A stretch of DNA of 64,000 nt from Meyerozyma guilliermondii (taxonomy: Eukaryota): positions 434,001 through 498,000 of the forward strand of contig CP128815.1 in assembly GCA_051546255.1 (NCBI GenBank), given 5' to 3'. The position numbers and the translations under genes were made by a program. Shown one piece after another: positions 10,449-21,045 of this stretch. How positions within the stretch are numbered: the first letter of the stretch is position 1; every line of letters begins with the position of its first letter. The notes below the pieces were generated by a model. That model saw only the letters and a program-made list of their open reading frames with translations. It did not search any database and was not told the origin of the DNA.

Positions 10449-12263
10449 TTACTGCATCAACTCCTCTTCATCACGGCCTCCTCCCAATCCCAATGCCCTC
10501 TTGAAAACATTGGGTCTTGACATCTCCTGTAATTTATACTTGTAAATCACATCAAAAGTAGGCGGTTCGATTTCCCGAGGGTGGACATTGACGTCTTGTT
10601 CCGCCAGCAGCGTAGACATATCCGACTTGGTGGGCATAAGAGGTGTGGTAGCTATTGGCGGTGGAGGAGTTCCGGTGATAATGCCATCGATTCTGTTGGC
10701 AGATGCGGGATTGCGTGCCAACAGCGCCGCCGATTGTCTGAATGCTTCGTTGTTAGCATGGTGCTCGGAAGTGCTGGTTCTACGGTCGGTGTTGTCGGAA
10801 GTGGCACCGTAGCTCGTTCTCCCGCCAGAATGATACGAGAAAATCGACGAGCTGTCGTCGAACACCGAACCCATGTCTTCGAGTGTCAAGCCTTTGGTTT
10901 CAGGAAAGAGCAAGTGGACACAGAAAAATGACAAAACACACGAGAGTGCTGGAATAAGGTAGGTTTTCCACTGGATAGAATCGAGGAGTATGGGGGTCAT
11001 TTCTCCAACGACAAAGTTAAATAACCAGTTGGTGGCTGTGGACATCGCTGCACCTTTGGACCGCACCGAGTTGGGAATCACCTCGTTCATCATCCAAGGA
11101 ATTGGACCCCAACTGGCGCCAAACGCAGCGTTGAATACAACCACACAAACCACCACCACCTGAGGAGTATACTCGTTGTTCACACACAAGGAAAATGCAA
11201 TTACGAGCAACGGAACTGCCATGAATACAGCACCCCACATCAAGAGCGGTTTGCGGCCCCAACCGTCAACCAAGTACCAGGGGGGAATTGTACTTGCGAC
11301 ATAAACCAACGAGTTCAATCCAGTCATAAGAATTGCCAGACGGCCGATCCAGCCTGCCAGCTCGAAAATCATGGGCGCATAGTAAGACACAATATTGATA
11401 CCGTTTAACTGGGCAAACATCTGCGAAAAGCAGGCCACCAGCACCCTCTTGGCATACCGATGGAGCATGTAGCGATAAGACCGTTCTCCGCCTTCAACTC
11501 GAGCAATAAGCACATTTTCCTTGATACTACGAAACTCGTTTTTGGCCACTTCGTCCTCAACGTCGCCGTCAGCATACAAATCCGAGATCACCACCATGCC
11601 CTCGATGTCGTGGTTGTGATCCAAGAGCCACCGTGGCGTCTCAACGATGATAAACAGTCCAAGAAACAAAAGAAATCCCATCACACACTGGATGAAAAGC
11701 GGAGTTCTCCACGAAAAATCGTTCTCCAAAAACGAGAATCCGTAGTCCACCCAGATACTCGACGAATAACCGATAATGTTGCCTGTAAATTCAAGACAAG
11801 CGTAGAATCCGCGGTCGTCTGGAGGACTGATTTCCAGCTGATAACATGGAATAATGGTGGTTAAAAATCCAATGGCAACTCCACTAATGAGCCGACCAAA
11901 CCCGAGGTTGATTATGTTGACAGATGTTGTCTGAATAAGTCCTCCTACAAGAAAAATAAATGACCCCAACCGAATGGTCTTGCATCGTCCAATTCGGTCC
12001 CCCACCTTTCCCGCCTCAAAAGAACTGAAAAGAGCCCCTATTTCCAAGATGGCAATCATGGTACCCACCTCAGCAGGCAGCGGCTCGTTGTAGTATGATT
12101 TAAAGTAGCTATTAGTCAAAAGGGACGACATCAAACCTTGTTCAAAACCAAACAAAAACACTCCCAAAGACACAAAAATCGACGTGAAGTTGAGGAGAGC
12201 ACGGCCCACAAGGTAGCTCTCCTTCATCTGGATGTTGTGGTGCAGATTACGACGAACCTCCAT
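10449..12263 (-). CDS. MFS sugar porter family transporter
   Basis: FLFGFEQG, GDRIGR, ETPRWL, QLNGIN.VSYY, VDGWGRKPLL, SWGPIPW, PETKGLTLE; about 12 TM segments. Confidence 0.93.
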   Translation of the reverse strand: MEVRRNLHHNIQMKESYLVGRALLNFTSIFVSLGVFLFGFEQGLMSSLLTNSYFKSYYNEPLPAEVGTMIAILEIGALFSSFEAGKVGDRIGRCKTIRLGSFIFLVGGLIQTTSVNIINLGFGRLISGVAIGFLTTIIPCYQLEISPPDDRGFYACLEFTGNIIGYSSSIWVDYGFSFLENDFSWRTPLFIQCVMGFLLFLGLFIIVETPRWLLDHNHDIEGMVVISDLYADGDVEDEVAKNEFRSIKENVLIARVEGGERSYRYMLHRYAKRVLVACFSQMFAQLNGINIVSYYAPMIFELAGWIGRLAILMTGLNSLVYVASTIPPWYLVDGWGRKPLLMWGAVFMAVPLLVIAFSLCVNNEYTPQVVVVCVVVFNAAFGASWGPIPWMMNEVIPNSVRSKGAAMSTATNWLFNFVVGEMTPILLDSIQWKTYLIPALSCVLSFFCVHLLFPETKGLTLEDMGSVFDDSSSIFSYHSGGRTSYGATSDNTDRRTSTSEHHANNEAFRQSAALLARNPASANRIDGIITGTPPPPIATTPLMPTKSDMSTLLAEQDVNVHPREIEPPTFDVIYKYKLQEMSRPNVFKRALGLGGGRDEEELMQ

Positions 12264-12366
12264 TTTGGGCGAAAGCGAAAGTGATCGAAATCAAATCGCT
12301 CGAGATCTATTTCTTATCTGCATTACGTCAGCGGACGGCACATCCAATGCACCCACACTATTAACA

Positions 12367-13902
12367 CTAGCGAATATTGTTCAACCGGGCGCTGTTCATG
12401 TGAACATTGATATCCAAACGGTCGGCATTTTCCTCGATATCCCGCAACCGGTTGTTCTGGCTCTCGACTTCCACGCCCATAGTCGATGCTGCGTTTTTCA
12501 ATTTCTTCAGATACAATCCAATTTGGTCCAAATTTGCAGCCAATTCTTTTTCCATTTCGTCGTCTTCAGAGTCGTTTTCAAACTGGTACCGCTTAGCGGC
12601 CGCGAGACTCTGGTCGTCCTTGTACTTTCTGTGGATCTCTGAGTTTGTGGCGTTCAGAGTTATGCCCTGTTTAAGACGCTGTTCCGAGGCGTATGCACCC
12701 TGGCGATTGGTCTCTCGCAAGTATTTTTCCTGGGTTTTTTGCGCCTTAATTTTCTCTTCCTGTTGGCGAAGCCGTGACTTTCTGTTGAATGGATTACCTT
12801 GTGCTGGAATGAAAATGCTTCGGTTTAACCGTTTCAACTCATTGACCTTATCGTGAGCAATATTCGTCTGAGTATCTGCCAACAAAAGATTCTGCTCGGC
12901 ATTATACAACCGCTCCGACTGCGACCCAAGCATGCCCATAGTATTAGTGGCCGATGCGTCGGCCTCCTGGGCCATTCGCAAAGTGTTGCGAGTCAGGGCC
13001 AAAGACTCTTGTTTTACAAACCGAATGTCTTGCTTGATACCCTCCACTTCTTCGTCTTCCGAGTTGACCTGTTCTTCCTCTGGAAGCTCATCTTCTACAT
13101 TCAAGTCGTCTTCCTCGGGAAGAGCGTTCAAGTCCAAAGTAGCATCGTCTGGCGTCTGTTTCGGAGGCCGCCGCATATACAGCTGATTCAGTGGAATTGC
13201 GTTCAAGTCAAGCGACTCTGTGTCGGCATCTCGATCCGACGCAACACTTTTGGTTTTATAGGGAGAGGCAGCAGAGCCAGCTACCTGCGTAGCGCGAGCA
13301 TACGGTCCATTCCGAGCGTTTGAGTTTTGACCATTTGCATTTGTGGCTTGTGCGTACGGACTCTTGGAAGGTCCAGAAGAATTTCCGCTCCTTCCAGCTC
13401 CATTAGAAGCGCTTCCATACGGAGAACTGGCTCCAGAATTACCATAAGGAGAACTGGCTCCAGCTCTATCATAGGGAGAATTACTAGCTCCAGCTCCATA
13501 AGGAGATGCTGAAGCTCCAGCTCCATAACCAGATGCTGAAGCCCCAGCTCCATATGGAGAGCCAGAAGCTCCAGATCCACCATTTTGAGTTCCATATGGA
13601 CTTGAATTATTTCCATGATTTCCATTTTGGCCACCGTACGGCCCAGCCGAGCTTCCCGCAGAGCCATTTCCCACATAGGGATTACCACCTGGCCCCGTTC
13701 CGCCACTAGATACATTGGCATATGGATTCTGTGGAGCCAAACCTGGCTTTCTTGCCTGGCGTTCTTGGGCATATTCCCTGAAAGCTCCAAACTTTTCCTG
13801 GCGTCCCTTGTTTGATTTTGTGGATACACCGATCTTGTTGAGGTCTTCTACGAGCTCTGCCTCCGTCGGGTCTTTTTTCTTGAAAATTGTCTTGATACCC
13901 AT
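12367..13902 (-). CDS. SEC9: Plasma-membrane t-SNARE Sec9 (SNAP-25 family)
   Basis: Two SNARE helices (IRFVKQES...LG.QSERL; ELAANLDQI...MGVEVESQN.RL..IEE.ADRLD); N-terminal SPYG repeats; start at MGIK. Confidence 0.95.
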   Translation of the reverse strand: MGIKTIFKKKDPTEAELVEDLNKIGVSTKSNKGRQEKFGAFREYAQERQARKPGLAPQNPYANVSSGGTGPGGNPYVGNGSAGSSAGPYGGQNGNHGNNSSPYGTQNGGSGASGSPYGAGASASGYGAGASASPYGAGASNSPYDRAGASSPYGNSGASSPYGSASNGAGRSGNSSGPSKSPYAQATNANGQNSNARNGPYARATQVAGSAASPYKTKSVASDRDADTESLDLNAIPLNQLYMRRPPKQTPDDATLDLNALPEEDDLNVEDELPEEEQVNSEDEEVEGIKQDIRFVKQESLALTRNTLRMAQEADASATNTMGMLGSQSERLYNAEQNLLLADTQTNIAHDKVNELKRLNRSIFIPAQGNPFNRKSRLRQQEEKIKAQKTQEKYLRETNRQGAYASEQRLKQGITLNATNSEIHRKYKDDQSLAAAKRYQFENDSEDDEMEKELAANLDQIGLYLKKLKNAASTMGVEVESQNNRLRDIEENADRLDINVHMNSARLNNIR

Positions 13903-14249
13903 GGTTGAGTAGTTTGTGAGGCGGAGCGAATTAGTATGACGTGCGGTGGTGCATGGGTGTGGGAGAGAGAGAAAAGAGACCAAAAGAAATACGGATTGAA
14001 GTGCCAGGGAAGGAGAAGAGTGGTGAAGACAAAAATGCGATTGGTGTGACATTGGGTTACTTTGGAATACTTTGGGATATTTGGAAGATGTACGTATTGG
14101 GAAAGTGTATTTAACCTTTGACACGTGGTCACGTGACACAGAACTCCAAAATGACCATCGTATAGTTTTCGATAACTGTCATTTCCATTTGATACCAATG
14201 CTTACCCCACCATAAACCCCGTCGTATTCTCCTCTTTCAATTTTCTCCA

Positions 14250-14313
14250 TTTTTCTTTTCCTTTTTCTTTTTCTTTTTCTTTTCTTTTCTTTCTTTCTCT
14301 CTCTCCTCCTTCC
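14250..14313. repeat. Polypyrimidine (CTTTT/CT)n tract
   Basis: Long C/T-only run in the divergent promoter between SEC9 and the 14366 ORF. Confidence 0.8.
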
Positions 14314-14338
14314 GCATTCGGAAACTACCCCAGAAAAT

Positions 14339-14351
14339 CTCATCTCATCGC
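14339..14351 (-). promoter_or_regulatory. PAC element (GCGATGAGATGAG)
   Basis: Full-length match to the ribosome-biogenesis PAC consensus just upstream of the 14366 ORF. Confidence 0.55.
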
Positions 14352-14365
14352 GTAGTTGCAACTCT

Positions 14366-14764
14366 ATGCTGGTGGTAGTCGAGGTCAGGCAACTTTACAA
14401 AAACTCGCATGCTGCGGAGGACCTCCAAAGTGAGCCTAAGCGACGAAAAGTGGCAGGGGAAGAAAGTATAGGCAAAAAATACCATTTTTCACAAAAAGTA
14501 CTGTTGAAAGACGAACCCTACAAAAGTTCAGAAACCGATATGGAAGCAATAGAATTAGCAAAAGACACGGAAATGGACACAGAAATGGACATAATAGGTC
14601 CTGAACCAGACATAATAGACACCGAAATGGTGCTCTCAGAAACAAAAACTACAATAGAATCCAACGAGTGTTCGTGTGGTTATCTTCATGGAGCAGGCCA
14701 GGGATTTCACCATGACAAAACAGCCACCGGACTTGGGATACCATTGCTTCGCGGTCCCGACTGA
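14366..14764 (+). CDS. Hypothetical small acidic protein with NLS-like PKRRKV
   Basis: 132-aa ATG ORF filling the intergenic gap; DTEM repeats; family not recognised. Confidence 0.55.
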   Translation: MLVVVEVRQLYKNSHAAEDLQSEPKRRKVAGEESIGKKYHFSQKVLLKDEPYKSSETDMEAIELAKDTEMDTEMDIIGPEPDIIDTEMVLSETKTTIESNECSCGYLHGAGQGFHHDKTATGLGIPLLRGPD

Positions 14765-14843
14765 ACAGCAAAAACCAACTACAAATTACCTACATCGTCA
14801 GCAAAGCTTATTATCGTAGCCAATTCATCATGTCTTATGTTAC

Positions 14844-15299
14844 CTACTCCAAACTGCTAATCTCCTTCACTACCTCGTCGTAGCTCTCTTTGTACTCATC
14901 GGTCTTGTCTGCGTTCTTCTTTGTCTTTCCTCCACCAGGAACCACCATCACACAAGAAGTGGGTCGTTTGGTGGCTCCGGCTGAACCCAAGTCTTCTTTG
15001 GAAGGAATGAAAACGTACGGAACACTCGAGTCTTCACACAAAACAGGAATATGTGAGATCACGTCGGGAGGAGAGATATCTCCGGCTATTATCACGAGTC
15101 CCTTCTCGCCTTTTCTCAATGCTTTGACCACTTCTTTGACTCCGCGCTTGACGTGTTTGGCCTTGGATGCTTTTTTGACGGTCTTAAGAATCTTTTTGTT
15201 CACTTTTTTTGGGGCCAACGGCTTGGCAAACGGCAAAATGGCCGCCATCCGCTTGTCGTAGTTGTCTTCTTCCTCGGAAACCTTGTCTTTTTTGGCCAT
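14844..15299 (-). CDS. NHP2: H/ACA snoRNP protein Nhp2 (L7Ae family)
   Basis: FAKPLA, KRGVKEVVKALRKGEKG, AGDISPPDVISHIPVLCED, KEDLGSAGATKRPTS. Confidence 0.97.
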   Translation of the reverse strand: MAKKDKVSEEEDNYDKRMAAILPFAKPLAPKKVNKKILKTVKKASKAKHVKRGVKEVVKALRKGEKGLVIIAGDISPPDVISHIPVLCEDSSVPYVFIPSKEDLGSAGATKRPTSCVMVVPGGGKTKKNADKTDEYKESYDEVVKEISSLE

Positions 15300-15320
15300 G
15301 TTGCACTAGCTATGTCAAGA

Positions 15321-15375
15321 TGAAAATTTCAAAAATCCAAAAATCGGTGCGCTTGTGCCGCGCACGCCCGATGAG
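15321..15375. promoter_or_regulatory. RRPE-like (TGAAAATTT) and PAC-like (GATGAG) sites in the NHP2 promoter
   Basis: Motifs at 15321-15329 and 15370-15375, upstream of a ribosome-biogenesis gene. Confidence 0.5.
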
Positions 15376-15413
15376 ATGCCCATAATCTCGTATCGTGGTT
15401 GTACTACTACACC

Positions 15414-16199
15414 ATGCCGAGGGACCGCATTCCGTCGCGGGGCCAATTGCTCAAGCGCAAGCGTCCACAAGACACCAAGAAGGTGTATGGCGAAGTTTTG
15501 CTCGAAAATCATACTTCTGACACCGATATTTTTCAAACTCCGGAAAACGAAATCATGATCAACGGAATCAAGAAACTCAAATCCGGTCCAAAACAGACGG
15601 AAACGAGCCAGAACTCAGCAACAGTGTGCTTGTTGGTCTCTGCTACCGAAGCAGACTACTTGGTAAACGACAATTCGTTGGATAGCCACCTTAAAATGGA
15701 TTTGAATATTGGCGAATTTTCCATCTCCAGTCCAATTGAAGGCTCAATTGATAGGTTTGTCTATATAAGTGGAGATAAGGTATGTGTGCTGCGGGCAGCT
15801 GTGTACCTCTCGTTTTTGCTTGCCGCGAGGGTCAGTAGCGTGGCTCGGTTGCAACCATTTACATTAAAATCGTCCAACTATTCACTCACTTTGGTGACGA
15901 AAAAACTCACAATTGCAACCCATAAATATTTGGTGGAAAATGCCGGTGCTGGCCGGTTCGAGTCTAGTACTTACGCATTGAACCCAGAAGCATCGCTTTT
16001 GTATGTCGCTGGCGACTTGGGAAGCTTGTATAACTTTTTGGTAGTGCTCACCAGTTCGTCCATTCTCGCTCCAGAAGAAGCACAGTTGTACCCAGCCGAC
16101 ATCTACGCCAACGTTAACAGTGCAGGTCTCTACAAACGGTCCCAGGAAAACGACACCCTTCTCAACTCGAAATCTCACGATATATTTCGTCATGTATAG
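15414..16199 (+). CDS. Hypothetical protein with degenerate KH-like domain(s)
   Basis: TVCLLVSATEADYLV...FSISSPIEGSIDRFVYISGD...V.RAAVYL follows the KH beta-alpha pattern but lacks GXXG. Confidence 0.6.
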   Translation: MPRDRIPSRGQLLKRKRPQDTKKVYGEVLLENHTSDTDIFQTPENEIMINGIKKLKSGPKQTETSQNSATVCLLVSATEADYLVNDNSLDSHLKMDLNIGEFSISSPIEGSIDRFVYISGDKVCVLRAAVYLSFLLAARVSSVARLQPFTLKSSNYSLTLVTKKLTIATHKYLVENAGAGRFESSTYALNPEASLLYVAGDLGSLYNFLVVLTSSSILAPEEAQLYPADIYANVNSAGLYKRSQENDTLLNSKSHDIFRHV

Positions 16200-16214
16200 C
16201 TTATTTTACACCTT

Positions 16215-19034
16215 TTAAACCTTTTGCACCTTGGCAGTCTGGTTGTTCTTCGAAATGGCCGCAACTCGATCTCCCAACGATAATGCTAATCCTTGTCCCT
16301 TGGATCTTATTCTCACATGACCAATGATTGGTCCGTCACTCTGCTGCTCAATGCACAAGTTGGCTAAAGCATCTTCTCCAAATGAGGATCGAGAATACAA
16401 ATTGGCCGACAAGAACAGACACTCTTGTCCCACCACTGCTCCCGGAGTAAGACAATTCATGTTGGTGCCGGACATAAGAACGTCCAAGTATTCCTTCAAC
16501 GACTTCATTTGCGACTTTATAGTGATCTTGTTCTCCCATTCAAATTCGTTCCACATCTTACGGAACGAACTTTCAGAGCACACCGCCGGCTTGATATAGT
16601 CCATAATATCAACGTGCACATCATTCAAGATGACAATTGTAGACTCATCCGAGTGCTGGCCATCGTAAACAATGTTACCAAAAATGACTCCGGTATCGGC
16701 AGAAGACACCTTAATTGTAGTTTGAACTTTGTGGAATCCATGAGGTCCAATGTTTGCACTAGCCGCTTTGTCGACCACCGTCAAATCTCCCAACGTAGCA
16801 AACTCTACCGACAAATTGCGCAATGTGCTTGTAGTCTGATTCACCAAAAGAACATCCAACACAACGTCGTATTGATGTACCTTAACATATGCTTCAGCAT
16901 AGATTGGATCGGAGAAACCAGTCAATTGAAGAATCTTGTTTAATCTGGAACTCAAGTCTTCCTTCTTGTTTGCTCCCATCAAGGTAACATCTTCATTTTC
17001 GACGTTCCGAGCAACGTCCTTTTCGAGCTGACGGAACAAAATCAAGTCGTCCACCTGCTCTGCATTATCGTGGAAATCCTTGGCTTCAGCTTCTGCCTTG
17101 CGCTCCTCACTAATCTTGATCTGGCTTCTGAATGCATCCTTTGTTTCATCCAAGAAACTCTTCTGGATGAGCTCGACATCTTCTTCATCGGACAAATACT
17201 TGATACACGAAAATATTCTATCAGCGGAATCTTCGTCAATCTTCTTTGTAACATACGACGATTCTCCCAATCGCAAAATCAGAACCATTATTAAGAGTGC
17301 TTCAGCTTTCAATGCATTAACGAGTTTATCAGGAGTTTGAAGACGTTGTAATCTCAAAATCAACTTCACCAATGTACTAGAGAACACCAGGGCAAGATAA
17401 AAGTCGCCTCCTAAAAGAAGCTTGCGGACTGGAGGCTTTTCTTCCTCTTGGTGAACCACATCCACTGTCATTGCGTTTTCAGTGGCATATGTGCCATCTG
17501 GAAGAACCACTGGTTTCTTTGTCAGTTTACCAGATGATTCCTCTTCTTGTTCATTGTCCTTCTCTTGCAATCTTTTTTCGCTTGCAACAATTGGGACCTC
17601 TCCGATGCTGGAACGCAAATACTTCCAAGCTTCACGAATCAACTTTTCTTCTTCGCAGTATTCACCGATAATCCAGAACGAGCCACGGAAAACCTTACCT
17701 GACTTGACGGAGGGCAATGCATCGATCAATCTGGTGATAATCAGCTGTCTAAGATCAGGGAACTTTTCTACAACTTCCTTGACGAACGTGATGACCTCAT
17801 AGGCAGCAGCGGTGTTGATAGTACCCATCGACTCGAGCAACAAATCAACAACACTAGCGGCCACCTCAACGAAGCGAATGGCCAATTGGTGGATAGCATT
17901 GATCAAAAGTTGTCTGTATTCAGCTGACTTTTCCTCCTCAGACAGCGAGCTCTTTTGAAGTTCTTTCTTCAAGAGTTTCACCACATCCTCCACGTTTCTG
18001 CTGGAGATCAACAGAAGAGTGACATCGATGGCCTTTTTGCGCACGTCCAAGTCTTGAGACGACAACACCCGTAAAATCTCCAACGAAAGGTCTTGGAGAA
18101 CACCGGGATTGGCACGATTGAGGTCGTTGATACGCTCCAACGTGATGATTTTGACGTTGTTATCGGTCTCCTTAGTAGCCAAATCGACAAATTTGTTGGC
18201 TGCCAAAAGAATGTGGTGGGAGCTCGAAGACAACAGGGTCAACGAAATTGCTGCTTCATACACCACCACGTTCGAAGGAGACTCGATCACCTCTTCGAGA
18301 AGCTGAGTATACTGCGGTTTCATACTTGGATTGCGGGCAGCATCACGGCGCAAGAACTCGATGAAAGCAAGCTGAATCAACAGATCCAAAGTCTCGATCA
18401 CCGCTACATTATCCTGGATATACTGGAGAGCAGCGTCGCGATTCAAGTCACCCAAACACACAAACGCATTACGCCGGCACACCGAGTCCAGTTCCTCGTA
18501 CAAGAACCGGTACACCAACTCGTCAGCATCGGGAGCAAGATGCTCGGCTACTTTGTAGATGGAGTAAAGAGCAAACACAGCATTTTTACGAACATACGCA
18601 TGACGATGTTCCAAGCATTGTCTCACGTTGGGCACCAAAGTCTCCAACAAATCAGGTTCCTTCAACTTGCTCAAAAATCTCAAGGTGTTTCCTCTAACAT
18701 ATTCGTTGGGATGTTGAAGATCACGCTGAATAGCATTGCACACCAAGATCATTTCCTGTCTCATTTTCCCCAGAGCATCGAGCTTGGGACACACTTCCCA
18801 GTAGAAGTAGAGCATTTTCTTGAGTTCCTTGTTTTTCAGCGGCATTACAAACCGAATAATATGCATCAACAAGTCGGGCAAAGGGTCACCATTGAGGATG
18901 GTGATCAAGATTTGTTTCATCGCTTCGATCTTTTCTTCGTCTTTTCCCTTCTCGAGGAGCTTGCGGAAGTCGTTGACCGATGCCTTCGACGCCCCATTGG
19001 GCTCGTAGATCATGGTGTAGCCTATATCCGACAT
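16215..19034 (-). CDS. SEC26: Coatomer beta subunit (beta-COP)
   Basis: MHIIRFVMPSKNKELKK (CUG=Ser), DLQHPNEYVRG.TLRFL, QLTGFSDPIYAEAYV, FRKMWNEFEWENKI, RIRSKGQGLALSLGD; start at MSDIG. Confidence 0.97.
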   Translation of the reverse strand: MSDIGYTMIYEPNGASKASVNDFRKLLEKGKDEEKIEAMKQILITILNGDPLPDLLMHIIRFVMPLKNKELKKMLYFYWEVCPKLDALGKMRQEMILVCNAIQRDLQHPNEYVRGNTLRFLSKLKEPDLLETLVPNVRQCLEHRHAYVRKNAVFALYSIYKVAEHLAPDADELVYRFLYEELDSVCRRNAFVCLGDLNRDAALQYIQDNVAVIETLDLLIQLAFIEFLRRDAARNPSMKPQYTQLLEEVIESPSNVVVYEAAISLTLLSSSSHHILLAANKFVDLATKETDNNVKIITLERINDLNRANPGVLQDLSLEILRVLSSQDLDVRKKAIDVTLLLISSRNVEDVVKLLKKELQKSSLSEEEKSAEYRQLLINAIHQLAIRFVEVAASVVDLLLESMGTINTAAAYEVITFVKEVVEKFPDLRQLIITRLIDALPSVKSGKVFRGSFWIIGEYCEEEKLIREAWKYLRSSIGEVPIVASEKRLQEKDNEQEEESSGKLTKKPVVLPDGTYATENAMTVDVVHQEEEKPPVRKLLLGGDFYLALVFSSTLVKLILRLQRLQTPDKLVNALKAEALLIMVLILRLGESSYVTKKIDEDSADRIFSCIKYLSDEEDVELIQKSFLDETKDAFRSQIKISEERKAEAEAKDFHDNAEQVDDLILFRQLEKDVARNVENEDVTLMGANKKEDLSSRLNKILQLTGFSDPIYAEAYVKVHQYDVVLDVLLVNQTTSTLRNLSVEFATLGDLTVVDKAASANIGPHGFHKVQTTIKVSSADTGVIFGNIVYDGQHSDESTIVILNDVHVDIMDYIKPAVCSESSFRKMWNEFEWENKITIKSQMKSLKEYLDVLMSGTNMNCLTPGAVVGQECLFLSANLYSRSSFGEDALANLCIEQQSDGPIIGHVRIRSKGQGLALSLGDRVAAISKNNQTAKVQKV

Positions 19035-19149
19035 GAGACGTGTTATTTGCGAGCGAATTGAAGAAAGGAAAAGGACATCTTTACACCAAGAATTAATATT
19101 CTCATTAGCAATAGCGCATCCATGCACCCGGTTATTCACTATACTATCA

Positions 19150-21045
19150 TTACATTTCATCGGGGTTGACGAGAACCAACCGCGGCTCGTAAACATACTG
19201 CTCTGGATCGTGTGATTCTTCGTCAGAGCCTGCGGTGTAAGCTGGATGTTGGTAGTAACCGCGAACCTCGTCAATGCTTCCAGAAGAAGAGCTACTCACC
19301 AGATCAGCAACCAGTTCTGGTACCAGTTCCGGTATCAGTTCCGGTATCAGAGCCGCCAGCGACGTCCTCACCGACCTGGCTTCGTCCTCCTTAGACGAGG
19401 AGCGCACCGGGCTGCTGCTGCTGGAAGTTTCGACGGCAGAATTGCCGGAAGCGGTGACCGATGTAGAAGAGTAGATAGAGGCTCTAGAATCTCTTGCCGA
19501 GCCGTGAGTAGAAGCCAAGCTGGAACCACCCAAATAAGGTCTTGAGTCACCCACTTCGGCTGCCAATAACCGTGGTTGCAAATGACCGTGTTTTAGCTCA
19601 ACTCCACTGGTTTTTTTCCTTCCTTGCGACACTCCAAGACGAAGATACCGGCCGTTGGAACTGGCCATACTGGCCCGTTTATCCACTGGGAGAATGCCCG
19701 TGGGAAGCTTCCACTTGTCCGGCGGAGAGTCGTTGACCGCAGTACCCATATACCTTCTTAGGGCCACTACGTATCGAGATTGTTCACCTTCACCTGGCTT
19801 GAGATCGAGGGTCCTTTTGAGGGTAGCCAAGTTGACGTTTTTGTTGGAGTTGGAGCTGTAGATGGAACTGAGCGATGTGGATTTACGGTGAAATGGAGGT
19901 GCTGCCAGCTGGGCAAATATATCGGATTGACGACTCATAATTCCACCAGAATTTTCGGTCAATGTGGTGCTGACTCCAGTTAGATTTGTGCTCACGGCTG
20001 AAAGTGAAGGTCTGTTGACGGGCACATCAGCCAAGCTTGTCTGCGAGGCCGCGGCATCGTCAGGAAAGTAGAAGTTGGATTTTGAAGGACTGTAGCCTGG
20101 CGACGGAACAGGAGAATCCGGCGATGGAACCACAGGAGAATCGAGCGGATATGGAGCCGAGGGTTCGTAGACATCGTAGGCATTAGCACTCTCAAAGGAA
20201 TGCGACAGCGACCGCTGGGACAGAGACCGCTGGGAAAGTGACCTTGGCTGAGAAATAACCGGCAGTTGGAGTGAATGATTGGCCAGACGAACAGACAGAC
20301 GAACAGACAGATTAGCTTCACTGGTTCGAGACAGCCACGACATATCAGCCATGTCTCTAGTTATGTCTCCCAAGTTTCTTGTATCCGTTGTGTTGTTTTC
20401 TGTGTTAAGTTCTGTGTTTCTATTCTCTCTAATTTGTGTGTCTTGGTCTTTTTGTGTGTTTCGATCTTTTTCTGTATTCTCACCAAACTGAAAATTGTCG
20501 ATTTCCAACTCCAACGTCTGGATGATATCCGAGAGGTTTTCCCTCCTGTTTTCGCCATACAGTTCCTGGCCCAGAAGCGAGCCAAGGGACCGAACTGGTG
20601 ACTGAATGGATGATTGGCTCGGTGATGGTTGGTGCCCAAATATCGACGTTTCGTGCTGAATCCGTGCCGGCAGCTCCAGGTAAAGCGTCAGCACCGGCAG
20701 GTACAGTTCAGAGGAGTTTGGGTCAGTTGCGGAGTGCTGGCGGTGGAGGGAAGTTGGACTCGAAAACTGGCTTGGGTTGGGTGTTGGTGAGTCCTGGTTA
20801 TTGTGCAATTGTGGGCTATTTGGAAAAGTTCCGGGATAATTTCCTGGATTAGACGCGTCTTCAAAGTCGGGTGGGGGCTTTCGTCTTCTTGTAGGAGCAG
20901 GCAGAACGCTTTTTTCCGGCTGGGAAGCAGCAGCCTTGTTGTGGAGAGCCGTTCGTAAAAGTGGAGTTTCCAGGTCTGGGGCGTTGAAAATGGAGGAGAG
21001 ACGGTGTCCGAGCAGCGACAGGCGCTTCTCTTTGTCTGGAGCCAT
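19150..21045 (-). CDS. Ser-rich, largely disordered hypothetical protein
   Basis: Long ORF with conserved-looking islands (RRRKPPP, WKLPTGILPVD, GVELKHGHLQPRLLA.EV, C-terminal LVLVNPD); start at MAPDK. Confidence 0.8.
   Translation of the reverse strand: MAPDKEKRLSLLGHRLSSIFNAPDLETPLLRTALHNKAAASQPEKSVLPAPTRRRKPPPDFEDASNPGNYPGTFPNSPQLHNNQDSPTPNPSQFSSPTSLHRQHSATDPNSSELYLPVLTLYLELPARIQHETSIFGHQPSPSQSSIQSPVRSLGSLLGQELYGENRRENLSDIIQTLELEIDNFQFGENTEKDRNTQKDQDTQIRENRNTELNTENNTTDTRNLGDITRDMADMSWLSRTSEANLSVRLSVRLANHSLQLPVISQPRSLSQRSLSQRSLSHSFESANAYDVYEPSAPYPLDSPVVPSPDSPVPSPGYSPSKSNFYFPDDAAASQTSLADVPVNRPSLSAVSTNLTGVSTTLTENSGGIMSRQSDIFAQLAAPPFHRKSTSLSSIYSSNSNKNVNLATLKRTLDLKPGEGEQSRYVVALRRYMGTAVNDSPPDKWKLPTGILPVDKRASMASSNGRYLRLGVSQGRKKTSGVELKHGHLQPRLLAAEVGDSRPYLGGSSLASTHGSARDSRASIYSSTSVTASGNSAVETSSSSSPVRSSSKEDEARSVRTSLAALIPELIPELVPELVADLVSSSSSGSIDEVRGYYQHPAYTAGSDEESHDPEQYVYEPRLVLVNPDEM

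Noticed and set aside
18093..19061. 322-aa + strand ORF and many similar overlapping ORFs in core genes
   Set aside because: Antisense or alternate-frame shadows of well-supported genes, with no recognisable motifs.
19035..19274. Apparent N-terminal extension of SEC26 overlapping the upstream gene
   Set aside because: Artefact of the longest-ORF call; homology begins at MSDIG (19034). The same applies to the extensions on CAC2, APE1, SEC9, TRS33 and MFalpha.
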